A DNA stretch of 63,860 bases, filler included, from Elsinoe ampelina (lineage: Eukaryota), in assembly GCA_010093995.1 (NCBI GenBank). It is 3 parts of 3 records of this genome, joined end to end, with 100 filler letters (N's around TTAATTAATTAA, not from the genome) between each part and the next. Parts side by side here need not be neighbours in the genome. Positions count along the whole stretch, not along the records: positions 29,200 to 57,708 come from ML992556.1; 2 more parts are not named here. One strand, written 5' to 3'. Shown here in pieces: positions 36,741 to 49,103 of the stretch. Both the position numbers and the translations under genes were made by a program. The stretch's first letter is position 1. The number at the start of each line of letters is the position of its first letter. Below the pieces are notes generated by a model. The model did no database searches. It worked only from the letters and a program-made list of their open reading frames with translations, and was not told the DNA's origin.

Positions 36741-37606
36741 GAACCTCAGGAGAAGGAGAAGCTGGCGATTGGTGAAGGATCTGTTGAGATTGATTAGGTC
36801 GAGGAGAGTACCCAACTAGACAACCGCTCGGGAATGGTACCCATGGAGCGGAAGATGTTCGCTCAGGTATGATGGCTCTTGGTGGTATCTCTCTGGTCTT
36901 AGTTGGGGCAGAGGAACCCGATTTTGCTTCGCCTTGAGGCCTGTTCGATAGAATGTCAGACAGTGGAACATCTTCTAGTCCACTGCAGTACCAGTAGCTG
37001 CTACATAAATACTTTCAATAGCATAGAATCAGATTCTGCTACAACCCCGTGACAGTTTTATCCATCCTTGTATGAGCGGACAGAATTTTCTGCATGAGTT
37101 GACAGCGGCAGCAGTGGCAGCATCGCTGCTGGAGGCATGTCTCCTTGTTCGAGAGAGAGACTTCGTGAGCTTCCGTGATTTCTGAATCGATATCCTGCGT
37201 GTGCATCGTTCAGGTCGCTGTCTGATGAAGATCCGGTGTGCTTCGGGAGCGTGAGCGGATGGGCGAATGGGCGGCCCTTTGCCGCCCACATGTCGGTCGC
37301 AGCGAGCGGAGCAGTTCATGGATATGAGATAGAGTGATTACTTCGATGCCGTACACATGGTCAATTACAAAATCATTATCGATCGCGTGGTAGCAAATTT
37401 GTGCAGAAGCCGGGCATCTGACGACAGGTCTTGGCGTTTCCGCCACCACCCCCTGACCGCCCCCTGACTTGGATGCCAACGTAATTGCAGCCATTTTGAT
37501 CATAACTCAGGTATGTGCATGAATAGAAGTATGTACAGTGTCCCAAATATGTCTCTCTCAGAGTGATTCCTCCTCCCGCGCGTTTCTGGCTGTCCAACAA
37601 CAGCGT

Positions 37607-40162
37607 TTAGCACACACCTGACGGAATCGTGGTTGATCCGGTCCTGGTAGTCCCATAGCGAGCACCACTACCCAAACCACGTTTCGCGAATGCGGACCAC
37701 AGAATGCATGCGTTCGCTCCTCCTGTCAGTGCCTCGTCGGCATCGATGATCGCATCGCGTGCTTGGACGAAGTTGGGGTTGCAGGGTTGACTGGAAGATG
37801 TCAGTACCATGAACGTGGGGCGTGGACAGCACCGCCAGCTTGAGAGCCACTGCAAGATAGAGATTCGCTCGAAAAGAAAGCTTGCTAGGTCCCAAAAGAG
37901 GTTGGTGGCCTCAGAAACCCCGATTCAGGGGTATTCAGGGGTAGTCCGGCCATCCGCCGGAAACTGGCGGATATGGTTGTGGAGGTCAGGAGAAGAGACT
38001 TACAGTGCCATTCCGTCCATCACGAGCTTCATTGCGAGATACTTTCCATCAGACGGCAATCCTGGGCTCGTGAAGGTTGGCTTCGCTGCATCATTCTTGC
38101 CGTATTTCCCGATAAGACCCCAGAGAACCTCGTAGAGCATACTAGCCCAGACGGTACCGATTTGATGTACCGCTGTCATGCCTGTTGTACTGTCAGCGTC
38201 CGTAAAGAATGAATATTGTCCATGAGAAATCGATTTGAGTGGCAAATCTGAAAAGGCATCTCGTGACGGCGCGTCTCAGCAACGGTATGTAATGCCAGGG
38301 GTAACGTACCATTGACGCTAGTGTAGGTGAGCGGGTTCGTCGTAAGGGAAGTCGAGTACTGGTAGGCTCTGATGCCGCCTGCCTTGTTGGCGATCCAGTC
38401 ACCCACACCATAGTTCTTCGTTCTGGTGTCTGCTGCCTTCAATCTGACGGCAGTGGCCATGAAATCTGACCATCCTTCGCCCATGCCACCGCTCTCTGTG
38501 CTGGACAAGCAGCCGGAGTTGGCTGGGCCTCCTGTGAGGCGGTTGGACTGGAAAAGTGTCAGAAAAGTTCCGGTCACTTTGCGACGACGTCGACGACGAT
38601 ATAACTGACCAAACCATGCGAGAACTCATGCACCACGACACCTTGATCAAAGGTACAGTCCCTATTTGGCGTAGAAGAGGTCCAGAGGTACATACGCATT
38701 CCTATCGTCGAGTTAGTGAACGATATATGTGGCGAAATTTCGGTGGCGAAAACGCCAAGACCAGCGACGCCAATGGCGACATCAGCGATGGTTCGGACGA
38801 CGCTATGAACGGCATATCGAACTCCCACACGTTGCGAATCACTTACTTCCACTTTGTCCATCGGGAGGGGTAGCGAAGTTGGCATTGTTGGTGCCGCTGC
38901 CATCCTGTGCGTTGAGAACGACTGGATCGCCGCCAACACCACCTTGCCCGTTAACATTTGATTCGAAGTTTCCAGCCCGCTCATTGAAGCCAAGTGTGTA
39001 GAGAAGATCGTGGTAGGTGTTCGCCGTGTAGAACAACTGTGTCACCGAAGCATCGACGTATTGGGACGGAGCTCCTGAAGTCGGAGAATAGGCGTATTGG
39101 AAAACGTTGTTCGAGCTTGTGGGCCGGTAGTTGTTAAGGTAGGCGGTTCCACCAGATGGGTTTGTTTGGGCGATACCGTTGTTGCCGCGGGTGGTGGTGT
39201 ACGAAGTAGTGCCAATGCTTTGCCAGCCGAACTCGGAGGCGGTCTTGTCGAAAGGATCGACAAGGCTCTGACGAGAACCCTCAGTAGGGTCGTTGAGACC
39301 CCAGGGACTATATTTTTATCAGTATCCAAAGGTCAATGCAGGATCAGACAACTTACTAGACCTGGTAGGTAGCGTCCGCAGAGTAGTCGACCACACCCAA
39401 GACCTCCTTCTTGGTCTCCGCATCGATGTATGTCAGCAACCAGTTGCTGACCTCCGAGATGTCGGTCTCGACCCTCCAGGTAAGCTTGATGGACCCATCA
39501 GCTTGCTGGAAGTACACTAGTCGGGCCTCAGCATCAGCATCGATACCAGTGGCACCCTTGATGGCGTAGATCTCCTTGCCCTCCTTCGCCTCAACAGTAG
39601 CGGCATCGGCGGAGATGGGTACTTGAAGCACAGCGGCCACACCCTTCAACGCATCGATAGGGTCAGCCGCCTCACGCTTGGCGATAGGAGCTGCCGAAGG
39701 GATCTCGCCCGTGTAGAATGAGTTGCCGAAGGAGAAGACCTTGCCATCCTTGACCTATACGATGCTTAGCCATGTCCAGGACTGCTCCAGGAAGCCACCT
39801 ACGTTGACGTTGAAGTCGGCGTTGTCGATGTCAAGGCCGTTTGCGGTCTGCTTGAAGTTGACGTGCGAGACCTGGTTGTCGCCAGTGTAGTGATCAGTCA
39901 CAACACGGAATGTGGCGCCAGGTACAGTCTTCTCCAAGAAACGGGTGGCGATATCGACGTAGTCCGCAGCATCAGCCGCTACGAACCTCGCCTCGGTGGT
40001 GTCGTCAGGGGTAGTCTTCGAGTCGGTGTACGCAGCCTTCTGCGGCAGACGGAAGGCATTGACATCGACAGCCCGGCGGGCAAGATGACCCTTTACGCTC
40101 TCATGCGGGTGAGCATGGACAAAGGGAGCAGCAAACAACGAAGCAAGAAGAATGGCCCTCAT
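37607..40162 (-). CDS. mep: Fungalysin (peptidase M36) secreted metalloproteinase, multi-exon
   Basis: Signal peptide [17 protein letters not shown], propeptide [47 protein letters not shown] zinc motif, [28 protein letters not shown]. Confidence 0.96.
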
Positions 40163-41199
40163 GATGAAGATGTCTGTATACCTACCAAATGGTGGCGCTC
40201 ATTGCCCTTATATATCTCAATGCTCGACCATCAAGCAGTATGATTTACATAAGCTCAAAGGACCATATATTAGCATGCCAATAACCTTCCCATTCTGGCC
40301 AGGCGCAGGCACGGACAGCATTACACCGTGCAAGACACATTCACAGTATTGCCGACATCCAGACTGTTTTCCAGTCATCACGAGACACCGGAGAAGACAA
40401 AGGACAATGCTGGAGATAAGGTGGCGCCCAAGCGAGGCTTGTCCCTGGGAACACATTAGCTGACCTGAGCTTCTTTGGAGAGTGGTGCAGCTGAGCGCTT
40501 ACCTTCCGAATTGAGCGCTAGTATCGCGCTGGTGAATTCCTGATCACAGGTGTTCCCCGGATTCCCGCCGCATGATTGATAAGAGAAGAACAAAGAAACA
40601 TATCACCAGGGGGGAAGGGAACGAAACGATCACATCAGTAGTGATGGAAACAGATACAACCTCTTCTAGAACGATGAGAGAACGCCTTTGGCCATCTCGG
40701 TATTCACGATCGCAGGTTCAGGCGGGAAATGTGTTGGAGGATCTCCAGGGGTTTGCGATGAAACGAAGCCCGAAATTTCGGCACTAGGTATGCCAAGCAT
40801 TCTTGGCAGAAGGTTGGTGCGCACATCACCTCACCTCGTGCAATCCCACCAAGCATTCTTCTCTACACCCACTATCTGCCGCTAAACTAAGGTCACGCAG
40901 CACAATCCCATTAGTGGATGCTTGTTTCAGGCAGGACGGTCAATGTTGTTGATCTTCTGCCGGCGCGATACGCCCATCCAGGCACAAGTCGGAGCGGGAG
41001 GATTACCGACGTGATAAGACAAGACCTTTACGAAGCGGGTGATCAGCTCATCCACGGTTTCAGTCGGCCAAGCTCACGGGATCTACAGAGCGACATAGGT
41101 GATCACGCGAGTCAAAAAGTACAGTACATCGCTACCTTCGAAGACGAAACGTACCGAGGTGCAAGTCTGGCAGGTCGAAGCTGAATGGTCTCCTCATTA

Positions 41200-41613
41200 G
41201 AGGGTTTTAGCAGCTGAGTTGCAGCGCTCAACTCGTCCTTGGCACGGCTGTGCTAGGTATAGCGGCCGTAGACGGTGTGCTTTAGGGCGCGGGATGTCCG
41301 TAACTATATTTTCGAGTTGAAGCAGGTGCTCAACTAGAATTTCAACTCTATTGGGCTTAGTGCTTACCGTTGATAGCGTAGGCTCTGCATAAGCGAGCTA
41401 AAGCGTACGTCAACGCGCCGCTAGAAGTGTAGATTACGTCACAGCTTTAAGCTAAACCTAGATAGGAGCTAGCCCCTCGGCGTGATCGTCGCTATAGCTA
41501 CCTATCTAGGCGAACTAAGAGCGGCTTCTCCGCGCGCGATCACCACGCCGCTACGTCCTAATAACCCTAAGGACCCTTGAGTTGAGCGCTGCAACTCAAC
41601 TGCTAAAACCCTC
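41200..41613. mobile_element. MITE / non-autonomous Tc1-mariner-type element, RIP-affected
   Basis: 35-bp TIRs GAGGGTTTTAGCAGCTGAGTTGCAGCGCTCAACTC (41200-41234) and 41579-41613 with one mismatch; TA on both flanks (41198-41199, 41614-41615); no ORF; TpA-rich interior. Confidence 0.9.
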
Positions 41614-42021
41614 TATTTGCTACATAGAAGCAACATGTCAATTTCAGCATCTCCGGACGAAGGAGCTTAGTGTTGCAGCACGATGTCGTATCACCTCACT
41701 TCTAATTTCACACGCTACCAAACCCGACTGCCATTCCGGGACTTGGCGCTATCACTTGTACGCATCTTCATCTTCTTTCGTCACTAATGCTCCCTCCGCA
41801 GGTTCGGCAGGGACATTTCACCACCACGGTGAATGGCGTCTGATAAGATGACCCTGCCCAAGTCACGCAGCGGGAATGCCAAGCTTTGCGACATCACACC
41901 GCAGAAGTCTATTTCCGAGAGCGGATTCTGCCGGCGCCAAACTTTCACTGATGATTGATAATCTTCATTGATTGACCAACGGAAGTTTTTCGTCAAACAC
42001 ATGTTGAGATCAAGCTTAAGT

Positions 42022-43703
42022 CTAAATCGTGTAACGGAACCTAGAACTGTCAATACGGGCTTCAGCACAGATAATAAACAGAACTCACTCTGGATGGCGG
42101 TATCCGAGCTGACCGCCACCGCCCTCTGCGAGACGATAATCTCTCCCGCCGGAAGCACGTTTGCGGTTCTCCCAGCTGCAGTACAGTATGGTCACTGTTG
42201 TGCATACCAGCGAGAGTCCAAGCATGCCAATATTGATGGCGTGACCGGTGATGTATCGTGGACTGTGCTTGGGTCAGTGCTGGAGTCACGCAATGGAAGC
42301 GATAACTTACGCATCGTCCTGGATATAGGTGAATGTCGCTACAAACGCTGCCATATTGGCAAACATGATCTGAGCTCCAGTACCTGTGGCACGAACGAAA
42401 TGCGGCGACAAGTTATTAGCGAGCCAGCCCATGACGAGCGGTGAGCTGGGAAAGATGCCTGCGGCTACTAGGAAAGTACCACCATACTGTACAAGCTGGC
42501 GTCCAGTAGCAATAAGCATTATATATCCGACCAAAGCCACCGACACCCCGATCAGCATGAAAGGCCCTCGAGCCCTGAACTTGTCGGATACCCAGCCAGT
42601 CATAAGTACTACCAGAAATGCGGCAAAGTTCGGAGGCACTGTTAGCAATTGAGCCTGTACTCGCTTGTACCCCAGAGCCGAGATAATGGTTGGTAGGAAC
42701 AGCGAGTAAGAATAGATGGGCGTGATGATGGCGAAGAAGTTGAGCGACAGTAGCACTGTGTTCCAGTTTAGGAATGCTCGTCGTACCCAATGCCAGCTGA
42801 ATTCCTCATGCGCGACCTCATCCGCAGCGTTTGACCCATGGCTGTCCAACTTCATTCGGGCAACTGCACCACTTCTCTCATCGTCTGTCAGAAACTTCGA
42901 GTCGTTGGGGGTGTGCGGCAAGAAGAAGCCCGCTGCGATCCCGGCTAAGACCGTAATGATACCCTCGATGAAAAAGATGAATGGCCAGCCCTTGTATTGC
43001 GAAGTCTCAATCTCTGCCAGACCGGTAGCGAGAAGACCTCCGAATGCTCCTGATAGCGGTGCTGCACAGTAGAAGAGGGTAATCCTATACAAGAGCTGGT
43101 GTCTCCGGTAAAACATGGCCAGGTAAATGATCATCCCACCTAACATTCCACCCTCACAAAGTCCCAGGAAGAATCTGGCCACCAGCAAGCCTTCGTAGCT
43201 CTTAACGAACCCGGTACATGTCGATACTATTCCCCATATCGTTACCAGGAATGGTAAATAGTAGCCGGCGCCGAATTTCTGGGATTTATATCAGCTTCGG
43301 GTCCCACCAGCAAGACATGGTAAGTCGACCTTCAACACCCAATTACTTGGTATGTCCACACAGATATAGGGAATGTAGAATACACAGAGGGCGACATTGA
43401 ACTTGGTTCCGTCCAGCTTGAGATCCGTAGCAAGGCCGTCGATTCGAGCATTTCCAATGTTGCTGGACAAGATCAGCCAGGGCCAGCCATGTCCTTCAAG
43501 GCCAACACCAACCTTCTATCAATGAAAGCAAGCAGCCATAGTAGGAACAACCATGGTAGTATCCGCCGGTCAAACTTTTGTGTGATGCGCTTGTCCAGGG
43601 CTTCATCAATCTCGGTCGAATTGTCCCATGTAGTGTTGGTCTTTTCCATCTTATCAATGCTCTCTTTCTCATCTTGATATTGATCAGGGCTTGCGGTAGC
43701 CAT
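42022..43703 (-). CDS. MFS transporter, allantoate permease (DAL5/TNA1, ACS) family
   Basis: KFDRRILPWLFLLWLLAFIDRSNIGNARIDG, ARFFLGLCEGG, PLSGAFGGLLA, AQLLTVPP, DDAPRYITGH, GYRHPEFRYTI*; four introns. Confidence 0.93.
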
Positions 43704-44275
43704 ATTTAGAATCTGCTATCGCAGTGCGCAAAGTTCGAATTGGGTGAAGTAAGAATGAAATTGAGAAGAATGACTGCAAAGAAACAGCATAGAAGATACA
43801 GCGAACAAATCGTCATCAACAAGACATTGTTAGGCAGAGGATCAGCCAGAATGAAACCCCTCAACCACTTCCATCATCGAGCCAATGCATGCCGATCTCA
43901 CAAACCATGTGGGGATCGAGATGAATAGAGGACGTATAGCTACATCGGCTCCTTCAGCCTGTCAAACGCATCAAACAACTTGCCTTACTTGATGAACGTG
44001 TATTCACCATCGACATGTATGAGATATGCCCTCGACCAGCCCTCAAATCGTCGTCCACCATCCTGGACAAAACGTGTTCGTGGACAAGACGCCACGAGTG
44101 CTTGACCAGGAACAAGCTCTGCGGGGAGCCGTGGGGGCCCTCTTTGGGGGCTTTTTGGGGCTCCACATCGTCATTTACCCAAATTGTGGGGACCCTGTTT
44201 CGCCAAGCTGGGTAATTTTGCCGGGCTCGAATGAAGCTCACTGCCAACTCACTCAACTCCCGATGAAGCTCGACC

Positions 44276-45403
44276 ATGGCTCAAATATACAACGAAGACG
44301 ACCTATACCGGACGTCGACACAATACAAGCTATGGTCCTTCTCCCAAGATGAGCTAGCATCCCTCCGCGCTTCAACCAACACCGCCGCTGTAGAGCGCGC
44401 AAAGAGTTACCTCTCTGACACCTCACCATGCCTCAATCTCACAGAAGAGGTCCGCCTCATCCAGCGCTACTGCGAACAAGTTCGCTCAACATGCGACTTC
44501 TTCAAATGGGGCATCAACGTCAAAGCCACAGCAGTACAATACCTTAAACGATTCTACCTCACCAATTCCGCCATGACCTATCCCCCAAAAGAGATCTACA
44601 AATCCGTCCTCTTCCTCGCCAGTAAGACTGAAGGCGTCCACATGACACTCGGGGAATTCGCGCGCCGCATCAAGTCGAACCAAGAAGACATCCTCGCCCC
44701 GGAATACAAAATCATCCAATCCCTCCGCTTCACCCTCGACGTGCGCCAACCCTTCCGCGGCCTACGCGGCGCCCTCATGGAGCTCCTCAACATCGCAGAC
44801 GGATCCGCCTCTATCCTACCCAACACCCCCCCCTCCCCAGCAGACCTCCAACAATCCCTCTCCTCCCTCCCCCCTCCTTCCTCACCGTCCTACGCCCCCC
44901 CCTCGACCCTCTCCCCATGGAAGCCCACCCAACCCCTCCCCGACCGATGCCACGCAGCCTACGCCTCCGCGCGCCTCGCCCTCGACGCCCCCGCCCTGCT
45001 GACAGACGTGTACTTCCTCTTCACGCCTCCCCAGCTGTACCTCTCCGCTCTCCTCCTCGCAGACCAACCTACCCTCGAATTCTACCTGTCGTTGAAGATC
45101 CCCCCTGCCTCTCCCGACCGACCCTCCTCTTCGGATCTACTGGCCCAGATAAAGGAAACCCTCACTTCCTGCGCGATCATGCTAGCCAGCCACGAGACTA
45201 ACCCGGTGATGACGAAAGACGAACGAGCCGCGCTGGAAGAGAGGCTGGACAAGTGTAGAGACCCGAGCACGAGGGATTTGGTGGGGATGAGTAAGGCGGT
45301 TAAAGTGGGGACGGGGGAGGAGCAGGAGGAGAAGGCGAGGAGGAGGAGGGAGGAGAGGGAGAGGGCGGAGAGGGAGGGGGAGGTATTCGGGGGGAGTTTG
45401 TGA
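44276..45403 (+). CDS. CCL1: Cyclin H (TFIIH kinase cyclin Ccl1)
   Basis: EDDLYRTSTQYKLWSFS, KATAVQYLKRFYLTNSAMTYPPK, FLASKTE, LRFTLDVRQPFRGL, ALLTDVYFLFTPPQ. Confidence 0.92.
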   Translation: MAQIYNEDDLYRTSTQYKLWSFSQDELASLRASTNTAAVERAKSYLSDTSPCLNLTEEVRLIQRYCEQVRSTCDFFKWGINVKATAVQYLKRFYLTNSAMTYPPKEIYKSVLFLASKTEGVHMTLGEFARRIKSNQEDILAPEYKIIQSLRFTLDVRQPFRGLRGALMELLNIADGSASILPNTPPSPADLQQSLSSLPPPSSPSYAPPSTLSPWKPTQPLPDRCHAAYASARLALDAPALLTDVYFLFTPPQLYLSALLLADQPTLEFYLSLKIPPASPDRPSSSDLLAQIKETLTSCAIMLASHETNPVMTKDERAALEERLDKCRDPSTRDLVGMSKAVKVGTGEEQEEKARRRREERERAEREGEVFGGSL

Positions 45404-45843
45404 GGGGTATATCAGAGAGGAGAGGGGGTGAAGGGGAGAGGGAAATGGGAAGTGGGAAGGGGAAAGGTGGATAGGGCGATGAGCTTTGTGGGATGGAGGT
45501 TGGTTAGAGATTCGGGAAGGGTTTGAGAGGATAACGTGATGGGCAAGGACGATTACTTTTGGTCGGAGAAGGTAGGAGATGACGGACTGCCTGGGGTCAT
45601 GCAGGCGGCACGCACATCAGGGTGCAAAGACAGGCATGGCAGGATGGATGATAAGGCAAAGCAAAAGCATAGCGTGGAGTTTTCGGGGATTCTGCCTCGG
45701 CTGGAGCATTTCGAGAATACGTACAATGATCACATCAATGACAACGGAAAGCCGAGTCAAATTGACAACGGTGTGCTAAGTGATTGTTGTACATGCTCTA
45801 CCTCAGCTTCTCTGCCATCCGACTTTCCTCGACTGATGTAGAA

Positions 45844-47390
45844 CTACAAGTACAGCCCCTCAGGCTCACCCTCACTCTTCGTCTTGAGGACATTCTCCCT
45901 TGCTTGCCTAAAGTCGGCCATGTTGACCCTCATTCTCCTCTCGCGCAGCGCCATCAGACCTGCTTCACTGCAGATGGCCCTGATATCGGCACCGGAGAGG
46001 TCGTCCTTCTGATTTATGAACTCGTCGAGGTCGACATCTTCATTCAAGGACATTTTGGATGTGTGGAGCGTGAAAATCTTGCGCTTGGTGATTTCTGTGT
46101 ATGGTCAGCATGGTTACAGACTCCAATTGGAGGGGCAGCAACTTACGGTCAGGGTTCTCGAAGAGAATCTTGCGGTCGATACGTCCAGGTCGGATCAGTG
46201 CAGGGTCGAGCGTGTCAATCTTGTTGGTGGCCATGATGACCTTGACATCACCACGGTCGTCGAAACCGTCCAGCTGATTGAGAAGCTCCAACATTGTCCT
46301 CTGAATCTCACGCTCACCACCACTCGTCGACTCGTATCGCTTGGTTCCGATAGCGTCGATCTCGTCAATGAAGACGATAGACGGTGCATGCTCCGCAGCG
46401 ACCTGGAAAAGTTGTCGTACTAGACGTGGTCCGTCACCCAAGTATTTCTGGATGAGTTCCGAGCCGACGATACGCAGGAAAGTGGCGGATGTCTGATTGG
46501 CGACAGCCTTGGCGAGAAGCGTCTTTCCTGTACCCGGAGCACCATAGAGAATGACACCCTTTGGCGGCTTGATACCCATCTCCTCGTACAGCTCTGGATG
46601 TAGTAGTGGCAACTCGACCGCCTCCCTGACCTCTTGAATCTGTGACTCCAAACCACCGATGTCCGCGTACGACTCTGTAGGCGCCTTGTCTAGCTTCATC
46701 ACTGATACCAGCGGGTCCGCCTCATCTGTGAGCACACCGACGACGGACACCGACTTGTGATGCAGGAGAACGGATGCGCCAGGCTCCAGAAGATCTTTGT
46801 CGACAAATGACATGATCGAGACGTAATACTCAGGTCCAGTTGCAGATGATACGATGGCGTGATCGTCATCGATAAGTTCTTCGAGGTTGCCGACACCCAT
46901 CGGAGACCCACGCATATCATCTACCCTGCTTCTCTCGTCCGCATTCCTGTCCATGGCATCGCTCTCTCCACCTGCTGTTGCTGGCTGTGCTGTGTTGACT
47001 GCCTTCGCCTTGCGTATCCGCTCCTGGTTCTCAACGTACTCTTCCTCCAGTAGAAGATGATCGTGCACTCTTTGCATCCGGAGGTATCGTAGTTTGCATC
47101 GCGCTGTAGGGTAAATGGTCGGGAGCTTCGCAGCAGCATTTGGTCCAGCGGCCTTTCTCTTTCTGCGCCCGATCCTAGTTGTTGGTTGTGGAGGCGGTTC
47201 GTACTTGGGCTTGTCTTTCTGTTGATGTGTGAGATGGGCGTGGCTTGCATCATCAGAAAGATCGTACCTTTCCATCTTTTTTATCCTTTCCATCACCTTG
47301 GCCAGGAGGTTGCCCTCCCATGCCCGACTGACCTTGACCCTGTCGGCATGTGAGCTATGATCTGCATTCGACTTGCTGTGAACCTACCAT
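45844..47390 (-). CDS. RPT2: 26S proteasome regulatory AAA ATPase subunit 4
   Basis: ATG-only first exon then [29 protein letters not shown], Walker A GAPGTGKT, Walker B IVFIDE, C-terminal PEGLYL; three introns. Confidence 0.97.
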
Positions 47391-48031
47391 CTTGATCGGT
47401 GCCTACGGTCCGAGCTTGCTGAGCGTGGATGCTGTCTTTGAGTACTGTGAGAGACAGAATATGCGCGGCGATGAAGGTGTAGGTGAAGGTGACGATGAAA
47501 TTTGTTCGGCGAGCCTTTGGTTGATGATGATTGCAGCTGTCCACAAGCTCAGAGATCTGTAAGCTGCTCCATCCAAGGGTCGGAGACGCGGCGAATCGCG
47601 CCGACCTCATGTCTTGGCACGAGCTCGCGATGTCATTGACCTTGGACCTCTTTCGCCCGGTGGACACCGATGGGCATGACTTCTTGCTGCATGGTCAAGT
47701 TTTCTGCATGACAGAATCCGTCTCGCCCTGTCTTCAGATCGGCAATCATCCATCCGTTAGGCTCATTATCACTACGACCACAAATTTCAGGACTACACAG
47801 TCGCTGCATTCATTACTCGATCCCCACAACTTCATCGAAGAAACGCCCCACCTTCGCCCACGAGCCGCACCGTCAAGGGACCTCCTTCCTGGAAAAGGTC
47901 CCAAAACGCTCATTCAGGTGCCGACCTCGACCGTCGCATCAGTCCTGCGATCATTGAATTGAGGGGAATCTCACTCATTGGCCGGTTGACTCGGCTCGAA
48001 TAGGTGAACAAGGAGCGGGTGTGTAGCAAAG

Positions 48032-48909
48032 ATGGCCGCCAACAGGAACCGGCGGCTAGCAAAGGAGGTGCAAGATGTACAGAAGGACACACACTCTGGC
48101 GTGACGCTGGAACCTGTGGACGGCGATACATTCGAAAAACTCGACCACTTTTACGGCGTGTTTAGAGGTAACTACCAAACATTAAACATTTGGTCTGCGT
48201 ATGCTAACCAGATCAAGGGCCACCAGACACACCCTTCGAAGGCGGTATCTACAAAGTCGACATCCGGTAGACCCCTCTTCCTGCCTCCTCCCTACCCTCC
48301 CTGACCCCTCCCAGCATCCCAAACGAATACCCCTTCCAACCCCCGAAAATGAAATTCCTCACCCGAATCTGGCACCCCAACATCTCCTCCGTCACCGGCG
48401 CCATCTGTCTCGACACCCTCGACAAAGCCTGGTCACCGATCCTCACGCTCAAATCCGCCCTCATATCCCTGCAATCACTACTCGCGTCCCCCGAGCCTAA
48501 GGATCCCCAAGATGCACAAGTAGCGAGACAGCTCATCAAAGACCCGGCTGCGTATGCGAAGCAAGCGAAAGAATGGGCGATACTACACGCTGGTGCGCCG
48601 GAGGGTAAGGGGAGCGGGTCGTTGAATGTGGCGGTGTTGAAGGAGGAGCAGGAGGCGAGGCGGAAACGGGCGGAGGAGGAGAAGAGGGCGCAGTAAGTTG
48701 ATAAATGCACACTAGGAGGTGGTCACTGACGGGGCAGATATCGGGGATACAACCAAGCGCTAGTGGGACGGTTCACAGAATTGGGCTTCGATGTGCCGAC
48801 TGTGGTGGCTACACTGGAGGCAGTCGGGGTGGGCAACAACGGAGGTGAGGACTATCAGATGGACGAGGATCTGGCTGGGGAGATTACTGCTCGGCTGTTG
48901 GGCGAGTAG
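48032..48909 (+). CDS. UBC1: Ubiquitin-conjugating enzyme E2 (Ubc1/UBE2K type)
   Basis: RRLAKE, GPPDTPFEGG, WHPNISSVTGAICLDTL, PKDPQDAQVA, C-terminal UBA-like exon; three introns. Confidence 0.93.
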
Positions 48910-49103
48910 CATGACTTTATGGACTGGCAGAATATTCCGTTGTTAGGGTAGAGTGTGGGGAGTGATCTATCGTTAGCGAGCATAGCATTGCTTCATGAAT
49001 GGGGACTTGCTTCTGTGCGCACCACACCCAGTAAGGTAATCCTTGCCGCGTCCCCGTTGATCGCAAGGTGGTGGCCTCGGTGTGTGCCGCTGGTGGATCA
49101 TCT

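Noticed and set aside
30351..36800. TAG stop-codon reassignment
   Set aside because: Conserved genes here (Rpt2, MFS transporter, Ubc1, dioxygenase) end at TAG at their expected C-termini.
37793..38003. Stwintron in the long fungalysin intron
   Set aside because: No split-donor pattern (G|GT or GT|GT with donor remainder after the internal AG) could be found.
31483..43703. Secondary-metabolite gene cluster (thioesterase, protease, MFS)
   Set aside because: No PKS, NRPS, terpene synthase or repeated RiPP-precursor gene; the genes are separated by unrelated orphans.
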